A program made the position numbers and the translations under genes. Positions 39,832 through 49,611 of a stretch of 64,000 nt of DNA are shown here, one piece after another. The stretch is taken from positions 6,308 to 70,307 of the forward strand of contig JABHXU010000008.1 of assembly GCA_018657065.1 (NCBI GenBank), given 5' to 3'. The notes below the pieces were generated by a model, which was given only the letters and a program-made list of their open reading frames with translations, was not told the DNA's origin and ran no database searches. How positions within the stretch are numbered: position 1 is the first letter of the stretch; the number at the start of each line of letters is the position of its first letter. This stretch comes from an archaeon (GTDB lineage: Archaea; Nanobdellota; Nanobdellia; Woesearchaeales; GW2011-AR15).

Positions 39832-40071
39832 GTATTTTTACAAATATTAGTGGATTTGAGTATTTAAATCTTTCGATTTTGTTGTCACTATGAAATTACA
39901 ATCACTTATTAGTTGAAAAAAGTTAAACTTTTATGTTTTAGTATATAAAAATTACTCCTAATTTAAAATAAATTCAAAATAATGTCTAAACCAATCAGTT
40001 TACTATTATTTAGAAAAGATTAATCTACTCAAGCAAAACTTTAAATAATATTAGTGCGTAACTCTTCAAGA

Positions 40072-40920
40072 ATGGGAAATGAGATAACTATTGGCGGACA
40101 AGCTGTAATGGAAGGAGTTATGATGCGCTCTTTAGATAAATATGCAATAGCTGTTAGACAACCTGATAAAAAAATTAAAATTAAAAAAATTAAAATTAAA
40201 AAAAACAAAAATAAAATTGCAAATTTACCAATTATTAGAGGATGTGTTAGATTTATTGAAACAATGAATATTGGAATCAAAGCATTATCTTTTTCTGCTT
40301 CAGTTTCACAAGGTGACGAAGAAGAATCACTTTCAACTTTGGAATTAATTTTTACAATAACTCTATCAATTGCTATGACTATTTTACTATTTTACATTGC
40401 TCCATTATTTTTAACTAGATTTATTACAGATAAAGTAGGAATTTTATTTAATATTATAGACGGTGTATTTAGATTACTCATTTTTTTTGCTTATTTATTA
40501 TTAATTTCATTAATGCCTGATATTAGAAGAATCTTTCAATACCATGGAGCTGAACATATGACTGTTTTTGCCTATGAAAATAAAGAAAAACTAACAGTTA
40601 AAAATGTAAAAAAATATACAACACTTCATCCTAGATGTGGTACTAGTTTTTTATTATTAGTATTTGTCTTATCTGTATTTTTCTTTACATTAATTAAAGT
40701 TGAAGGTTATTTTCCTAGATTAGGTTTAAGATTGCTATTATTACCTTTAATTGCAGGCGTATCTTATGAAATTTTAAAATTTGCTGGAAAACATACAGAC
40801 AATATTTTTGTTAAAATTTTAATTGCTCCTGGACTTTTACTTCAAAAAATTACAACAAGAAGGCCAACCGATGATATGTTAGAAGTAGCTATCAAATCAC
40901 TTAAAGCTGCTCTTTCTTAA
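40072..40920 (+). CDS. DUF1385-family membrane protein
   Basis: IGGQAVMEGVMM, FQYHGAEHM, HPRCGTSF, LQKITT. Confidence 0.9.
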   Translation: MGNEITIGGQAVMEGVMMRSLDKYAIAVRQPDKKIKIKKIKIKKNKNKIANLPIIRGCVRFIETMNIGIKALSFSASVSQGDEEESLSTLELIFTITLSIAMTILLFYIAPLFLTRFITDKVGILFNIIDGVFRLLIFFAYLLLISLMPDIRRIFQYHGAEHMTVFAYENKEKLTVKNVKKYTTLHPRCGTSFLLLVFVLSVFFFTLIKVEGYFPRLGLRLLLLPLIAGVSYEILKFAGKHTDNIFVKILIAPGLLLQKITTRRPTDDMLEVAIKSLKAALS

Positions 40921-41265
40921 AAATTCATCTTTAGTTATTAAATTTTCAAAATTCATTCTATCAACATTATTTTCAAGTTTTCTTAAATCATCTTTATCAG
41001 CTTTTAATTTAAATTCTCTAACATTTGATAAAAAAACAGACTTAAAGTTTTCTACACGTCTTTTTAAATCACTTACCTGATTTTTAAAAAAATGAATTTC
41101 TCTTTTAATTTCAGAAATATGTGTATCCCATTCTAATTCACGCATATTCATAAAAGCAGATCTGTCTTTACTTTCTTGCTCTAATGCTTCAACCCTAACT
41201 AGAAATCTAAGTAGATCTGGTTCTAAATTATTTTCATAATCATATACAGGTGCTTGTTTTTTCAT
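40897..41265 (-). CDS. Hypothetical coiled-coil protein
   Basis: Heptad-like charged helix, 122 aa. Confidence 0.6.
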   Translation of the reverse strand: MKKQAPVYDYENNLEPDLLRFLVRVEALEQESKDRSAFMNMRELEWDTHISEIKREIHFFKNQVSDLKRRVENFKSVFLSNVREFKLKADKDDLRKLENNVDRMNFENLITKDEFLRKSSFK

Positions 41266-41306
41266 TATTAATTTTTAATCTAAAGAAGTATAAATATTTT
41301 ATTATC

Positions 41307-42647
41307 TTAACAAGGATAAATCTCTTGAATCATTTTTTTAGTTATAACTAAATTTTTAAAAATTGTTTCACTAGTTTTAACAGCAAAATCTTGGACTGTT
41401 TCAGGCAAAATTTCTTTGTAATCACTATAACCTTGCCTTTTTTTTACAAAACTAATTATTTCATCAGATTTACTCTTTTCATCCATAACACTTTTTTGAA
41501 ATACTCTAAAAGGTGCCATCATTTCTACACTAACAATTGTCTTTAATAATTTTAAAAGTGATTTACAATATCTTAAAACTCTTTGAGATTCAAATCCATA
41601 AATTGCAGATTCTTTTTGTAGATTAGATAAATACGCTTGATCAGGTACATATAAATTTCCATCTTCTAATTTGAATGGATCATTATTACCGATTATACCA
41701 GGGATAATTTTAATAAAATTTTTTTCAACATATTTAGAAACATTATTCATAAGAGTTGAAAGAGCAACAACTTTTCTAATTGAATTCATATCTGGTCCTC
41801 TCATTTCAATTGTTCCATGAGGACTAATCTTTATTGGTTTCCATGATGAGTCTAGTAATGACGCACCCTTTCTTTTAGCAAAATCCGAAAATGATGAGTT
41901 ATTTGCTGCAAGAAGTTCTTTCCATTTAGAAGTTCTATTTGTAATTGTTTTAATAAATGAATTAAAATCAGGAGAATATTCATTCAAGTTCCCAAACTCA
42001 GGATGATTTGCATAAAGTGAATCTGGATATTCAAAACTTTTGTCCCCCCTATAAACCATAATTCTTGAATCTTTTCCCATTAGTTTTCCTTCAAAATAAG
42101 GACTAGATTGCATTAATGTTGTAATTGCAGGATCTAAAGCAATATATAAATTATACAAACTAAGAATTTTTTGTTTTTTTCTATCATTTAAATCAGGATA
42201 TAAGAACAAAATATTTGGATTAAACGAATTTCTAGGAAGCGAATAATGATAATGAAAACCAATACATTTTCCTGCATTGACAAAATTTTTCTCACCAAGA
42301 ATATTTTTCTTAACATTATATCTACTTTCAGTTCTCATCTCATTATTATTTATGCCTGGATAAGTTCCAAAATTATAGATTCCTAAATCATTTACATCTA
42401 ATTCATATAAAAAAGTTTCAAAATCTTGAATATATTTAATAAAAGTTTCTCTAGATGATCTATGAGGAAAACTAACTAGTTCCAACATTGATTTACCACA
42501 TTCCAAAGTGATATCTGTTTTAGTTAATTTACTTTTTAAAGCTTTAACTATACTGTCTGCTTTGTTAACAAGTTTTCCCTCTCTATCTACCAAGAAAAAT
42601 TCTAATTCTATTCCAAACATCTTAGTGATACTAGGTAAACCATCCAT
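41307..42647 (-). CDS. Glutamate--cysteine ligase family 2 (GCS2)-like carboxylate-amine ligase
   Basis: GIELEFFLVD, GFHYH, SSPYFEG, DSR, TIEMRGPD. Confidence 0.82.
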   Translation of the reverse strand: MDGLPSITKMFGIELEFFLVDREGKLVNKADSIVKALKSKLTKTDITLECGKSMLELVSFPHRSSRETFIKYIQDFETFLYELDVNDLGIYNFGTYPGINNNEMRTESRYNVKKNILGEKNFVNAGKCIGFHYHYSLPRNSFNPNILFLYPDLNDRKKQKILSLYNLYIALDPAITTLMQSSPYFEGKLMGKDSRIMVYRGDKSFEYPDSLYANHPEFGNLNEYSPDFNSFIKTITNRTSKWKELLAANNSSFSDFAKRKGASLLDSSWKPIKISPHGTIEMRGPDMNSIRKVVALSTLMNNVSKYVEKNFIKIIPGIIGNNDPFKLEDGNLYVPDQAYLSNLQKESAIYGFESQRVLRYCKSLLKLLKTIVSVEMMAPFRVFQKSVMDEKSKSDEIISFVKKRQGYSDYKEILPETVQDFAVKTSETIFKNLVITKKMIQEIYPC

Positions 42648-42748
42648 ATAAGGAATGAATATAACCTGGATTAAAAAGGTTCCGCAAAAAGTAGGACAAT
42701 ATATTATCTACAAAATATTTATATACTACAAAACCATATATGTAAATA

Positions 42749-42898
42749 GGCCTGATCAAGATGAGGGGGAGGCTAAATTTAATACAACAGGCAAGTGCCT
42801 TAGGGAATTGTTAAAGCTCATAAAAACTTTGACACACAGGAAACGTAAGTGACTGTGTTTACCCATACTTTACCTCAGAAACTCATGATACACAGGCT
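42749..42898 (+). ncRNA. Candidate structured non-coding RNA (unknown family)
   Basis: TTTATATA at 42718-42725; end pairing GCCTG/CAGGC; three internal hairpins; T-run after 42898; GC-richer than flanks. Confidence 0.45.
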
Positions 42899-42993
42899 TT
42901 TTTTAATTTTATAATAAGAAAAAAATTATTTGTCAAAAAACAACAAACCTATAATTTAGCTTCTTGATCATGCTCAAAAACCTTACTTATTAG

Positions 42994-44241
42994 TCAGTCG
43001 GTTTTTGACATTTGAATGATACCAAATCCAATTAATCTAAATCGTGTTCCCATTCTTCGTGATATTGTTACTCTTGCACCAATATCAGCACAAACAGGTA
43101 ATTTTAATTTACATTCAACAACATCTTTGCTTAATTTAGAGATTATACCTACAGTTGCAGCACTATTTACATTAAGCATTAACATTTCACCCATTTTAAG
43201 AGCATCAACTTTAGTATCTTCTGCACTACCTACAACTCTTTCAAGTAAATTAGTTTTTAGTTTTAAATTATCCCACACAGGAGGCAATTTTCCTGGATAT
43301 CCTACAACATTCCCTGTAAATCTATCAGATTTAACTACTGAAGGATCTAAATTTGTAAGCAATGCCACAGATCCACCTGGTGTTACTTCATCAACAGTTG
43401 AACCTCCTGTCATCATACTAACAACTTTAGTTGTTATAGGTTTCCAAACTTTTTTATTTGCTTCTTCATATACATGCCCAGGCCTAATTTCAACTTCATC
43501 TCCTTTTTTAATAATCCCTTGACCTAAAGCACCGCCTAAAACACCACCTTTAAGATTTTTAATTTCTTGACCTGGTTTATTAACATCAAAGGATCTTGCA
43601 ACAAACATTCTAGGTTCAACTTTTAAATTTCGTTTAGGTGTTGGTATGTTTTTTTCAATTGCTTCAATTACATACCCTGTATTAATATTATGTTGTGCAG
43701 AAATAGGAATTATTGGAGCATCTTCATAATCTGTTCCTTTTAAAAATTCTTTAATTTTATTATAGTTTTCAAGTGCTTTTTCTTCTGTAACTAAATCAAT
43801 TTTATTTTGAATTATTACAACATTTTTAATTCCACTAATTTTTAATGCCATTAAATGTTCTCTTGTTTGAGGTTGAGGACATTCTTCATTAGCTGCAATT
43901 AAAAGCATTGCTCCATCCATTAATGTTGCTCCTGCAAGCATAGTAGCCATCAAAGATTCGTGACCTGGAGCATCTACAAAACTAACTTTTCTTAAAACTT
44001 TATATTCTTTTTTTTGTTTTTTAGCATCAACTTCAGTCATTAATTCTTTATCTTTAGTTTTAACAAAAACAGAATCAGCATAACCTAGCCTAATTGTAAT
44101 TCCTCTTTTTAATTCTTCAGAATGAGTGTCTGTCCATTTTCCTGATAGACATTCAGTAAGTGTTGTTTTTCCGTGATCAACATGACCAACAAGTCCAATA
44201 TTAACTTCTGGTGCTAAAATTTTTTCTTTTGCTTTTGCCAT
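42994..44241 (-). CDS. eif2g: Translation initiation factor aIF2 gamma subunit
   Basis: GHVDHGKTT, RGITIRLGYA, DAPGHE, PQPQTREH, QNKID, RSFDVNKPG. Confidence 0.96.
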   Translation of the reverse strand: MAKAKEKILAPEVNIGLVGHVDHGKTTLTECLSGKWTDTHSEELKRGITIRLGYADSVFVKTKDKELMTEVDAKKQKKEYKVLRKVSFVDAPGHESLMATMLAGATLMDGAMLLIAANEECPQPQTREHLMALKISGIKNVVIIQNKIDLVTEEKALENYNKIKEFLKGTDYEDAPIIPISAQHNINTGYVIEAIEKNIPTPKRNLKVEPRMFVARSFDVNKPGQEIKNLKGGVLGGALGQGIIKKGDEVEIRPGHVYEEANKKVWKPITTKVVSMMTGGSTVDEVTPGGSVALLTNLDPSVVKSDRFTGNVVGYPGKLPPVWDNLKLKTNLLERVVGSAEDTKVDALKMGEMLMLNVNSAATVGIISKLSKDVVECKLKLPVCADIGARVTISRRMGTRFRLIGFGIIQMSKTD

Positions 44242-44276
44242 TCAATCAAATTGAAAACTCAAGACATTTATAAGAA

Positions 44277-45701
44277 TTATCCTTTAATTACTCCTATTGG
44301 CCTAACTTTGGCAACTAAATTGCTAATTCCTGCTTTTTGAGTAATTTTTACTACTTCATCAATATCTTTATAGACTTGAGGTGCTTCTTCAGAAATACCT
44401 CTCCATGAAGCACTTTTAATAAAAATGTTTTTATTTTTTAATTCTGTTTTGATTCTTTCTCCTTTAAACTCTTGATTTGCTTGATGTCTTGACATAACTC
44501 TTCCTGCACCATGAGCTGTACTTCCAAATGCAATATTCATTGTATTTTTTGCTCCTACCATTACATATGATGCTGTTCCCATACTTCCTGGAATTATTAC
44601 AGGATGACCTACTTCCTTATAATCTTCAGGTAAGTCGCAGTGATTTGCTGGAAAACATCTAGTTGCTCCTTTTCTATGCACAATTAACTTTTTTTGTTTT
44701 CCATCAATTTCATGATCTTCAATTTTTGCTATATTATGTGCTACATCATAAACCGTACTTATTTTTACATCACCAAAAACTCTTTCAAAAGCTTTTCTTA
44801 CATTATGTCCTATAACATGCCTATTAGTCCATGCATAATTTGCAGCACATGCCATTGCCCCAAAATAATCTTGACCAAGTTTAGAATCAAAAGGTGCGTA
44901 TGCTAAATCTTTTTCAGGAAGCTTAGCAATTATATCTGCATATTCATCTTCCATTTTTCTTAAATAATCTGTACATATTTGATGTCCAAATCCTCTACTT
45001 CCACAATGAATCATAACAACTACTTGACCCTTTTTTTCAATTCCAAATATCTTTGCAATTTTTTTATCATAAATTTCATCCACAAACTGTATTTCTAAAA
45101 AATGATTACCTGCACCAAGTGTTCCTAACTGTTTTTTACCTCTAGCTTTTGCTTTTTGTGAAACACAACTAGGTTTTGCCCATTCTAATAATCCATTAGA
45201 TTCACAATGCTTAACATCTTCTTCAATACCCATCCCTTGTTCAACTGCCCATCTAGGCCCCATAGTCATAACTTTATTTAAAGTCTCATCATCAATTTTC
45301 AAAGTTGATCCTCTGCCTATACCACAAGGAACTCTTTTAAATAATTGATTTATCAATTCTTCAATTTTTTCTCTAACTTTTTTTTCTGTTAAATTTGTAG
45401 CAAGAAGTCTAACTCCACAATTAATATCAAATCCTATTCCCCCCGGTGTAATGATCCCTTTTTCTAAATCAAAAGCAGCTACTCCACCAATTGTAAATCC
45501 ATATCCTTGATGCATATCAGGCATAGCATATGCAAATTTTTGTATCCCTGGTAAAGATGCAACATTTGATACTTGTTGCAAAGACTTATCTTGTTTAACT
45601 AAATCAAGCAATTTTTTTGATGAAAAAAGTTTTCCAGGTACTTTCATTTGACCTTTTTTTGGTAAATCAAATTCATAAGGTGTTATTTTCTTTATTTCCA
45701 T
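44277..45701 (-). CDS. rtcB: tRNA-splicing ligase RtcB
   Basis: MPDMHQGYGF, DINCGV, GNHFLE, HNIAK, HRKGAT, HGAGR, EEAPQVYK. Confidence 0.96.
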   Translation of the reverse strand: MEIKKITPYEFDLPKKGQMKVPGKLFSSKKLLDLVKQDKSLQQVSNVASLPGIQKFAYAMPDMHQGYGFTIGGVAAFDLEKGIITPGGIGFDINCGVRLLATNLTEKKVREKIEELINQLFKRVPCGIGRGSTLKIDDETLNKVMTMGPRWAVEQGMGIEEDVKHCESNGLLEWAKPSCVSQKAKARGKKQLGTLGAGNHFLEIQFVDEIYDKKIAKIFGIEKKGQVVVMIHCGSRGFGHQICTDYLRKMEDEYADIIAKLPEKDLAYAPFDSKLGQDYFGAMACAANYAWTNRHVIGHNVRKAFERVFGDVKISTVYDVAHNIAKIEDHEIDGKQKKLIVHRKGATRCFPANHCDLPEDYKEVGHPVIIPGSMGTASYVMVGAKNTMNIAFGSTAHGAGRVMSRHQANQEFKGERIKTELKNKNIFIKSASWRGISEEAPQVYKDIDEVVKITQKAGISNLVAKVRPIGVIKG

Positions 45702-45885
45702 ATAAATCTAAGAAGTTAAGACCTGTTTAAAAAAATTACCTTAAACAAATTGTTTATAATTGTTAATTTGAAAAAAATCATCTTGATTTTACATATTTAC
45801 AACTATATTTTTAAAAAACTTTATATAGGATTAATACATCTTAATATATTGTAAGTTATACCAGTATACAAAAGAGTATATTAAA

Positions 45886-46767
45886 ATGAGAAATTCTATA
45901 AAGAAAAAAGTTGATTTCATATCATTAATAGAAAAAACTTCATTTTTGAAAATCTTCTTTGTTTGGATTATGTTAATTATTGCTTTTGGTTTATTTTATC
46001 ATGTCATTAGTGGAACTTCTGGAACATTGATCAATGCACAGGGAAATAAGGTTACAGGAATGTTTGATTATGTTTACTATAGTTTTATCACTGCAACTTC
46101 AACAGGTTACGGAGATATTATTCCTCAAGGTCCAGGTATGAGAGTAATGGCAATAGCAAATATCATAATTGGTATGCTTATGATGGCAGTTGTAACTTCA
46201 AAATTAGTTTCAATTAAACAAGATAGACTTTTAGAAAAAATTTATCATTTATCTTTTTCAGAAAAAATAAACAGAAATATTTCAGGAATTGCACTTTTTA
46301 ATGCTGAAAGTGATAAAATTATTGAAACACTTAAAGAAGAAGAAATTGTTGATAGAAAAAATTTATTTGCAATTAGAATGTCTCTTTCCACCCTAAAAAA
46401 TAATTTAGTTGATTTAAAAAGAGAATTTATGGATGAAAAAAGAATCATAAAAATAGACAAACTAATTGTTGAACAAACTCTATCAGGTATAGACCAATCA
46501 TTTGAAAATTTAAATCATATTATTCAAACATTAGACAAAAATGAGGTCTCATTTAAAAATCCTAAATTATTGGAAGATATTTATGAAATAACAAATATTG
46601 GAAGTCAACTTGTGAATAAAGCAAAAGATGAATTTCCAGTTTTCACTTCTAGAATTAAAAAAATATTTCACAATATTACTGAAGTCAGAACTAAAATTAT
46701 GAAATTTAAAATTGTTGATTTAAGTAAAGATATTGAAATAAATGTTCACTTCCCTATTGCAAATTAA
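45886..46767 (+). CDS. Potassium channel (2-TM) with helical cytoplasmic tail
   Basis: YYSFITATSTGYGDIIP selectivity filter. Confidence 0.88.
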   Translation: MRNSIKKKVDFISLIEKTSFLKIFFVWIMLIIAFGLFYHVISGTSGTLINAQGNKVTGMFDYVYYSFITATSTGYGDIIPQGPGMRVMAIANIIIGMLMMAVVTSKLVSIKQDRLLEKIYHLSFSEKINRNISGIALFNAESDKIIETLKEEEIVDRKNLFAIRMSLSTLKNNLVDLKREFMDEKRIIKIDKLIVEQTLSGIDQSFENLNHIIQTLDKNEVSFKNPKLLEDIYEITNIGSQLVNKAKDEFPVFTSRIKKIFHNITEVRTKIMKFKIVDLSKDIEINVHFPIAN

Positions 46768-46807
46768 ATAATTAAGTTTAAAAAACTACATTATTTTAGA
46801 ATAATTT

Positions 46808-47626
46808 ATGACTTGTCCAGATTGTGGTTCTAATGAAAAAAATTTAGCATCAGATGGTGTATACTGCAAAAAGTGTGGTTTAGAACTTGATGAACTTGTA
46901 ACATTAAAAGATAGAGGAAAGACTTTAAGTGTAGTTCAAATACCTAAATTAATTTGGAAAGCCAGTTCAAAACATGAGTTATTTGCTTTAAAATTAGGAT
47001 TAAAACATAAAAAGTTACATCCTCTTTGGGAGCAAAGATTAGGTTTTACTGTTGATTATTTAAAGCCTGAACACAAACAAAAAGCTCTTCAATTAATTAA
47101 TCTCGCTTTTGATAAACATAAACCTGAATTAATTTTAGCTAAAAAAAAATTGGATACTAACTGGCAAGAAATTAACAATAAATTTTTTTTTGAAATTGAA
47201 AACTTAATGAATTTTAAATGGCCAAATTATGACATTGATGTATTTTTGAGTCTATGTGCTAAATATGGTTTTCATAATTCATCTAAAAATTATATAATTT
47301 TACAATATTCACTTGAAAAAATTGGAAACTATGTCATTGCTCATGAATTATTTCATATTATTTATCGATCATATGTAAATAGATTTTTTAAAGAAAAATT
47401 TACTCCTATTGATGATAAAATGTTAAAAATAATTGCTGTATTTGTCCTCTTAGATTATTTGAACTGTTTTTCTGAAATGAAATTTTCTATGGATATATTC
47501 CAAGATGAATATAAACAAATTGCAACGAGATTACTTGAAATTTGGAAACAAAAAACTTCATTTAAAGAATTCATGATTAATTCTTATAAAAGTCTAGGCC
47601 ATAATAAAAAATGGGTTAGTTATTGA
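46808..47626 (+). CDS. Zinc-ribbon (TFIIB-type) plus HExxH protein
   Basis: CPDCGS...YCKKCG; VIAHELFH. Confidence 0.7.
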   Translation: MTCPDCGSNEKNLASDGVYCKKCGLELDELVTLKDRGKTLSVVQIPKLIWKASSKHELFALKLGLKHKKLHPLWEQRLGFTVDYLKPEHKQKALQLINLAFDKHKPELILAKKKLDTNWQEINNKFFFEIENLMNFKWPNYDIDVFLSLCAKYGFHNSSKNYIILQYSLEKIGNYVIAHELFHIIYRSYVNRFFKEKFTPIDDKMLKIIAVFVLLDYLNCFSEMKFSMDIFQDEYKQIATRLLEIWKQKTSFKEFMINSYKSLGHNKKWVSY

Positions 47627-47631
47627 TAATT

Positions 47632-48393
47632 TTATTTTTGACAAATATAAAAAACAGGTGGATGTTTACGAATATCGTTCTTAGAAACCTGATAATCACC
47701 ATTTACTTCTAAAAGATTAAAATTTGTTTTTTGAATAATTTTTTTAACTTCACGAACTGAAGGTATATGAATATATTGCCTAGTTTTGTAAGTTTTTTTA
47801 TTATCACTAGTTTCTCTTTCAAAAAATCTATCCCCATAATCAATTTCTTCAATTTTAAATCCCATAGGTTTTAACAAGTAAAATCTACCCCACTGTTTAA
47901 TCCAAAAAAATGTAAATTGTCTAGATAAGACCCTAGGATGTGTTGTAAAAATAAAAATTCCCTCTTTTTTTAGGACCCTATAAATTTCTTTAAGTGCATT
48001 TAATCGTTTTTCATTTCCAGGAATTTGCGTCCAACCTTGATTTGAAAAAATAGCATAATCAAAAGAATTATCTTCAAATTTTAAATTTGTAGCATCGCCA
48101 ATTTTATAATTAATTTTCAATTTTTTCTTTTTTGCAATTTTCTTTGCATTTTGTATCATGTTTGGAACTAAATCAATTCCAGTAACATTAAAACCTTTTT
48201 TAAACAAAGAAATAGTAGTTCTTCCTGTACCACAACCAACATCTAATAATTTACCTTTTTTTATGAAATATTTATTTATAAAATGTTTTTCAGAAATCCA
48301 TAAACCATCTTCTGCTTTTTTTGAATATAGTATTTGTGCATTTTTTCCTGAAAATTCTTCAATAATTTTCTTTTGCAAATTATTACTCATCAA
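47632..48393 (-). CDS. Class I SAM-dependent methyltransferase
   Basis: [34 protein letters not shown]. Confidence 0.9.
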   Translation of the reverse strand: MMSNNLQKKIIEEFSGKNAQILYSKKAEDGLWISEKHFINKYFIKKGKLLDVGCGTGRTTISLFKKGFNVTGIDLVPNMIQNAKKIAKKKKLKINYKIGDATNLKFEDNSFDYAIFSNQGWTQIPGNEKRLNALKEIYRVLKKEGIFIFTTHPRVLSRQFTFFWIKQWGRFYLLKPMGFKIEEIDYGDRFFERETSDNKKTYKTRQYIHIPSVREVKKIIQKTNFNLLEVNGDYQVSKNDIRKHPPVFYICQK

Positions 48394-48430
48394 ATTAATA
48401 AGACTAAGAAAATATATTAATGTTTAGATT

Positions 48431-48600
48431 TAAAAAATGAGCCTGCGAGGATTACAACCAACTGATACCGGTTGACATGTCAGAAAGCAACTGACAAATT
48501 GACTAGCTTTCTGATCATCCTTGAAATCTTTGATTTCTATGAGCTAGCGTTTGCTAGATATAAAATCTAGCTTAGAATAAAAAATGAGCCTGCGAGGATT
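48431..48600 (-). repeat. Duplicated tRNA-Arg 3' end (23 bp) enclosing a hairpin-rich spacer
   Basis: TAAAAAATGAGCCTGCGAGGATT at 48431-48453 and 48578-48600. Confidence 0.85.
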
Positions 48601-48690
48601 TGAACCCCGGTCATCCGGTCCGAAGCCGAACGCACTATGTGCACTATCGTGACCAAATCGTACACGATATCCAGACTATGCTACAGGCCC
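48585..48690 (-). tRNA. tRNA-Arg(TCG) with a 32-nt D-loop insertion/intron
   Basis: Acceptor GGGCCTG/CAGGCTC-A; anticodon arm TTCGG-CT-TCG-GA-CCGGA; T-loop TTCAAAT; removing about 48637-48668 gives 74 nt. Confidence 0.85.
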
Positions 48691-48738
48691 ATGTAATTTA
48701 AACTAATTATTTATATATATATAAAATTTAAGAAAAAA

Positions 48739-49029
48739 TTATTTCTTGTTTTTAGACATAAGTATTTCAATTGTACTTACTCTAACTTGTTTTCCTTCTT
48801 TATTTTCAAACTCTTCACTATTAATATTTACATCATCTACTTTAGCTTGACCTTCAAGAAATCTTTTACATGCTACTTCAGCAACATCAACTGCTCTACT
48901 AATAAATTTTCCCCGAGCTTTGATAATAACTTCAGAAGCATTTTTTGTTGTGAACTGCATTACAACTCCAGTAACATAGTTCATAAATGGTTTACCACCT
49001 ATAAAGATACTATTATCTTTGTCTGTCAT
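48739..49029 (-). CDS. albA: Chromatin protein Alba
   Basis: IFIGGKPFMNYV, KARGKFISRAVDVAE, VSTIEI. Confidence 0.95.
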   Translation of the reverse strand: MTDKDNSIFIGGKPFMNYVTGVVMQFTTKNASEVIIKARGKFISRAVDVAEVACKRFLEGQAKVDDVNINSEEFENKEGKQVRVSTIEILMSKNKK

Positions 49030-49040
49030 TTCTTACCACC

Positions 49041-49235
49041 TCAAAGTGTTTCTCTAGACTTAACTCTTCTAGTAACATAACCGGTAATAATATTTCTTAA
49101 TTTTTTTGATGAGATCTCTGCGTGTTTTTCAACAATTGCTTTATTTTGATCAAAATCTTCTGTAAAATCATCAAAATGATTATCTACTAGTTCCTCTGTA
49201 ATTCTTTTAGCTGCTTTAGTTTTAATACGTCCCAT
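49041..49235 (-). CDS. rps17e: 30S ribosomal protein S17e
   Basis: MGRIKTK...FTEDFDQNK...SKKLRNIITGYVT; start reassigned to 49235. Confidence 0.93.
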   Translation of the reverse strand: MGRIKTKAAKRITEELVDNHFDDFTEDFDQNKAIVEKHAEISSKKLRNIITGYVTRRVKSRETL

Positions 49236-49332
49236 AGGGTCTAAAGAAATCGTACCTTGTTTATAAATATTATTGAAATAGGGTTTATTTATCACAAACT
49301 TAATAAATCATCTTTTTTTCTCAGAATATTAC

Positions 49333-49404
49333 GCGTCTGTGATCTAATGGCTATGATCCTGGCCTTCCAAGCCGGGTATCCGGGTTCAAATCCCGGCGGA
49401 CGCA
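49333..49404 (+). tRNA. tRNA-Gly(TCC)
   Basis: Acceptor GCGTCTG/CGGACGC-A; anticodon arm CTGGC-CT-TCC-AA-GCCGG; GGTTCAAATCC. Confidence 0.93.
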
Positions 49405-49487
49405 TAACTTTCTTTAGGATTTGAACACACGGTCACTATCGTTCTCGTGCCACTCGCTTTGCTCGATGGAATCCCGGCGGACGCATA
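49389..49487 (+). repeat. Duplicated tRNA-Gly 3' end (18 bp) enclosing minihairpins
   Basis: AATCCCGGCGGACGCATA at 49389-49406 and 49470-49487. Confidence 0.85.
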
Positions 49488-49611
49488 TCTTTTCTTTATA
49501 TGAACATAAACATTAGAAATCAAAGGTTTTAAAACTTTTCAACTCCTAGAATTAAAAAACTTTATAAACGTCCATTAAATCCAACACTGTATATTTTGAG
49601 GTGTTTTTATT

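Noticed and set aside
42655-42852. 65-aa ORF
   Set aside because: Runs across promoter-like sequence and a structured region with no recognisable motif; a non-coding reading is preferred.
42749-42973. SRP RNA or RNase P RNA
   Set aside because: No CAGG..GNRA..AGCA helix-8 motif and no GAGGAAAGUCC-type conserved region seen on either strand.
48431-49487. Prophage or integrative element at the tRNA duplications
   Set aside because: Enclosed segments are only about 124 and 63 nt with no integrase; kept as mini-element findings instead.
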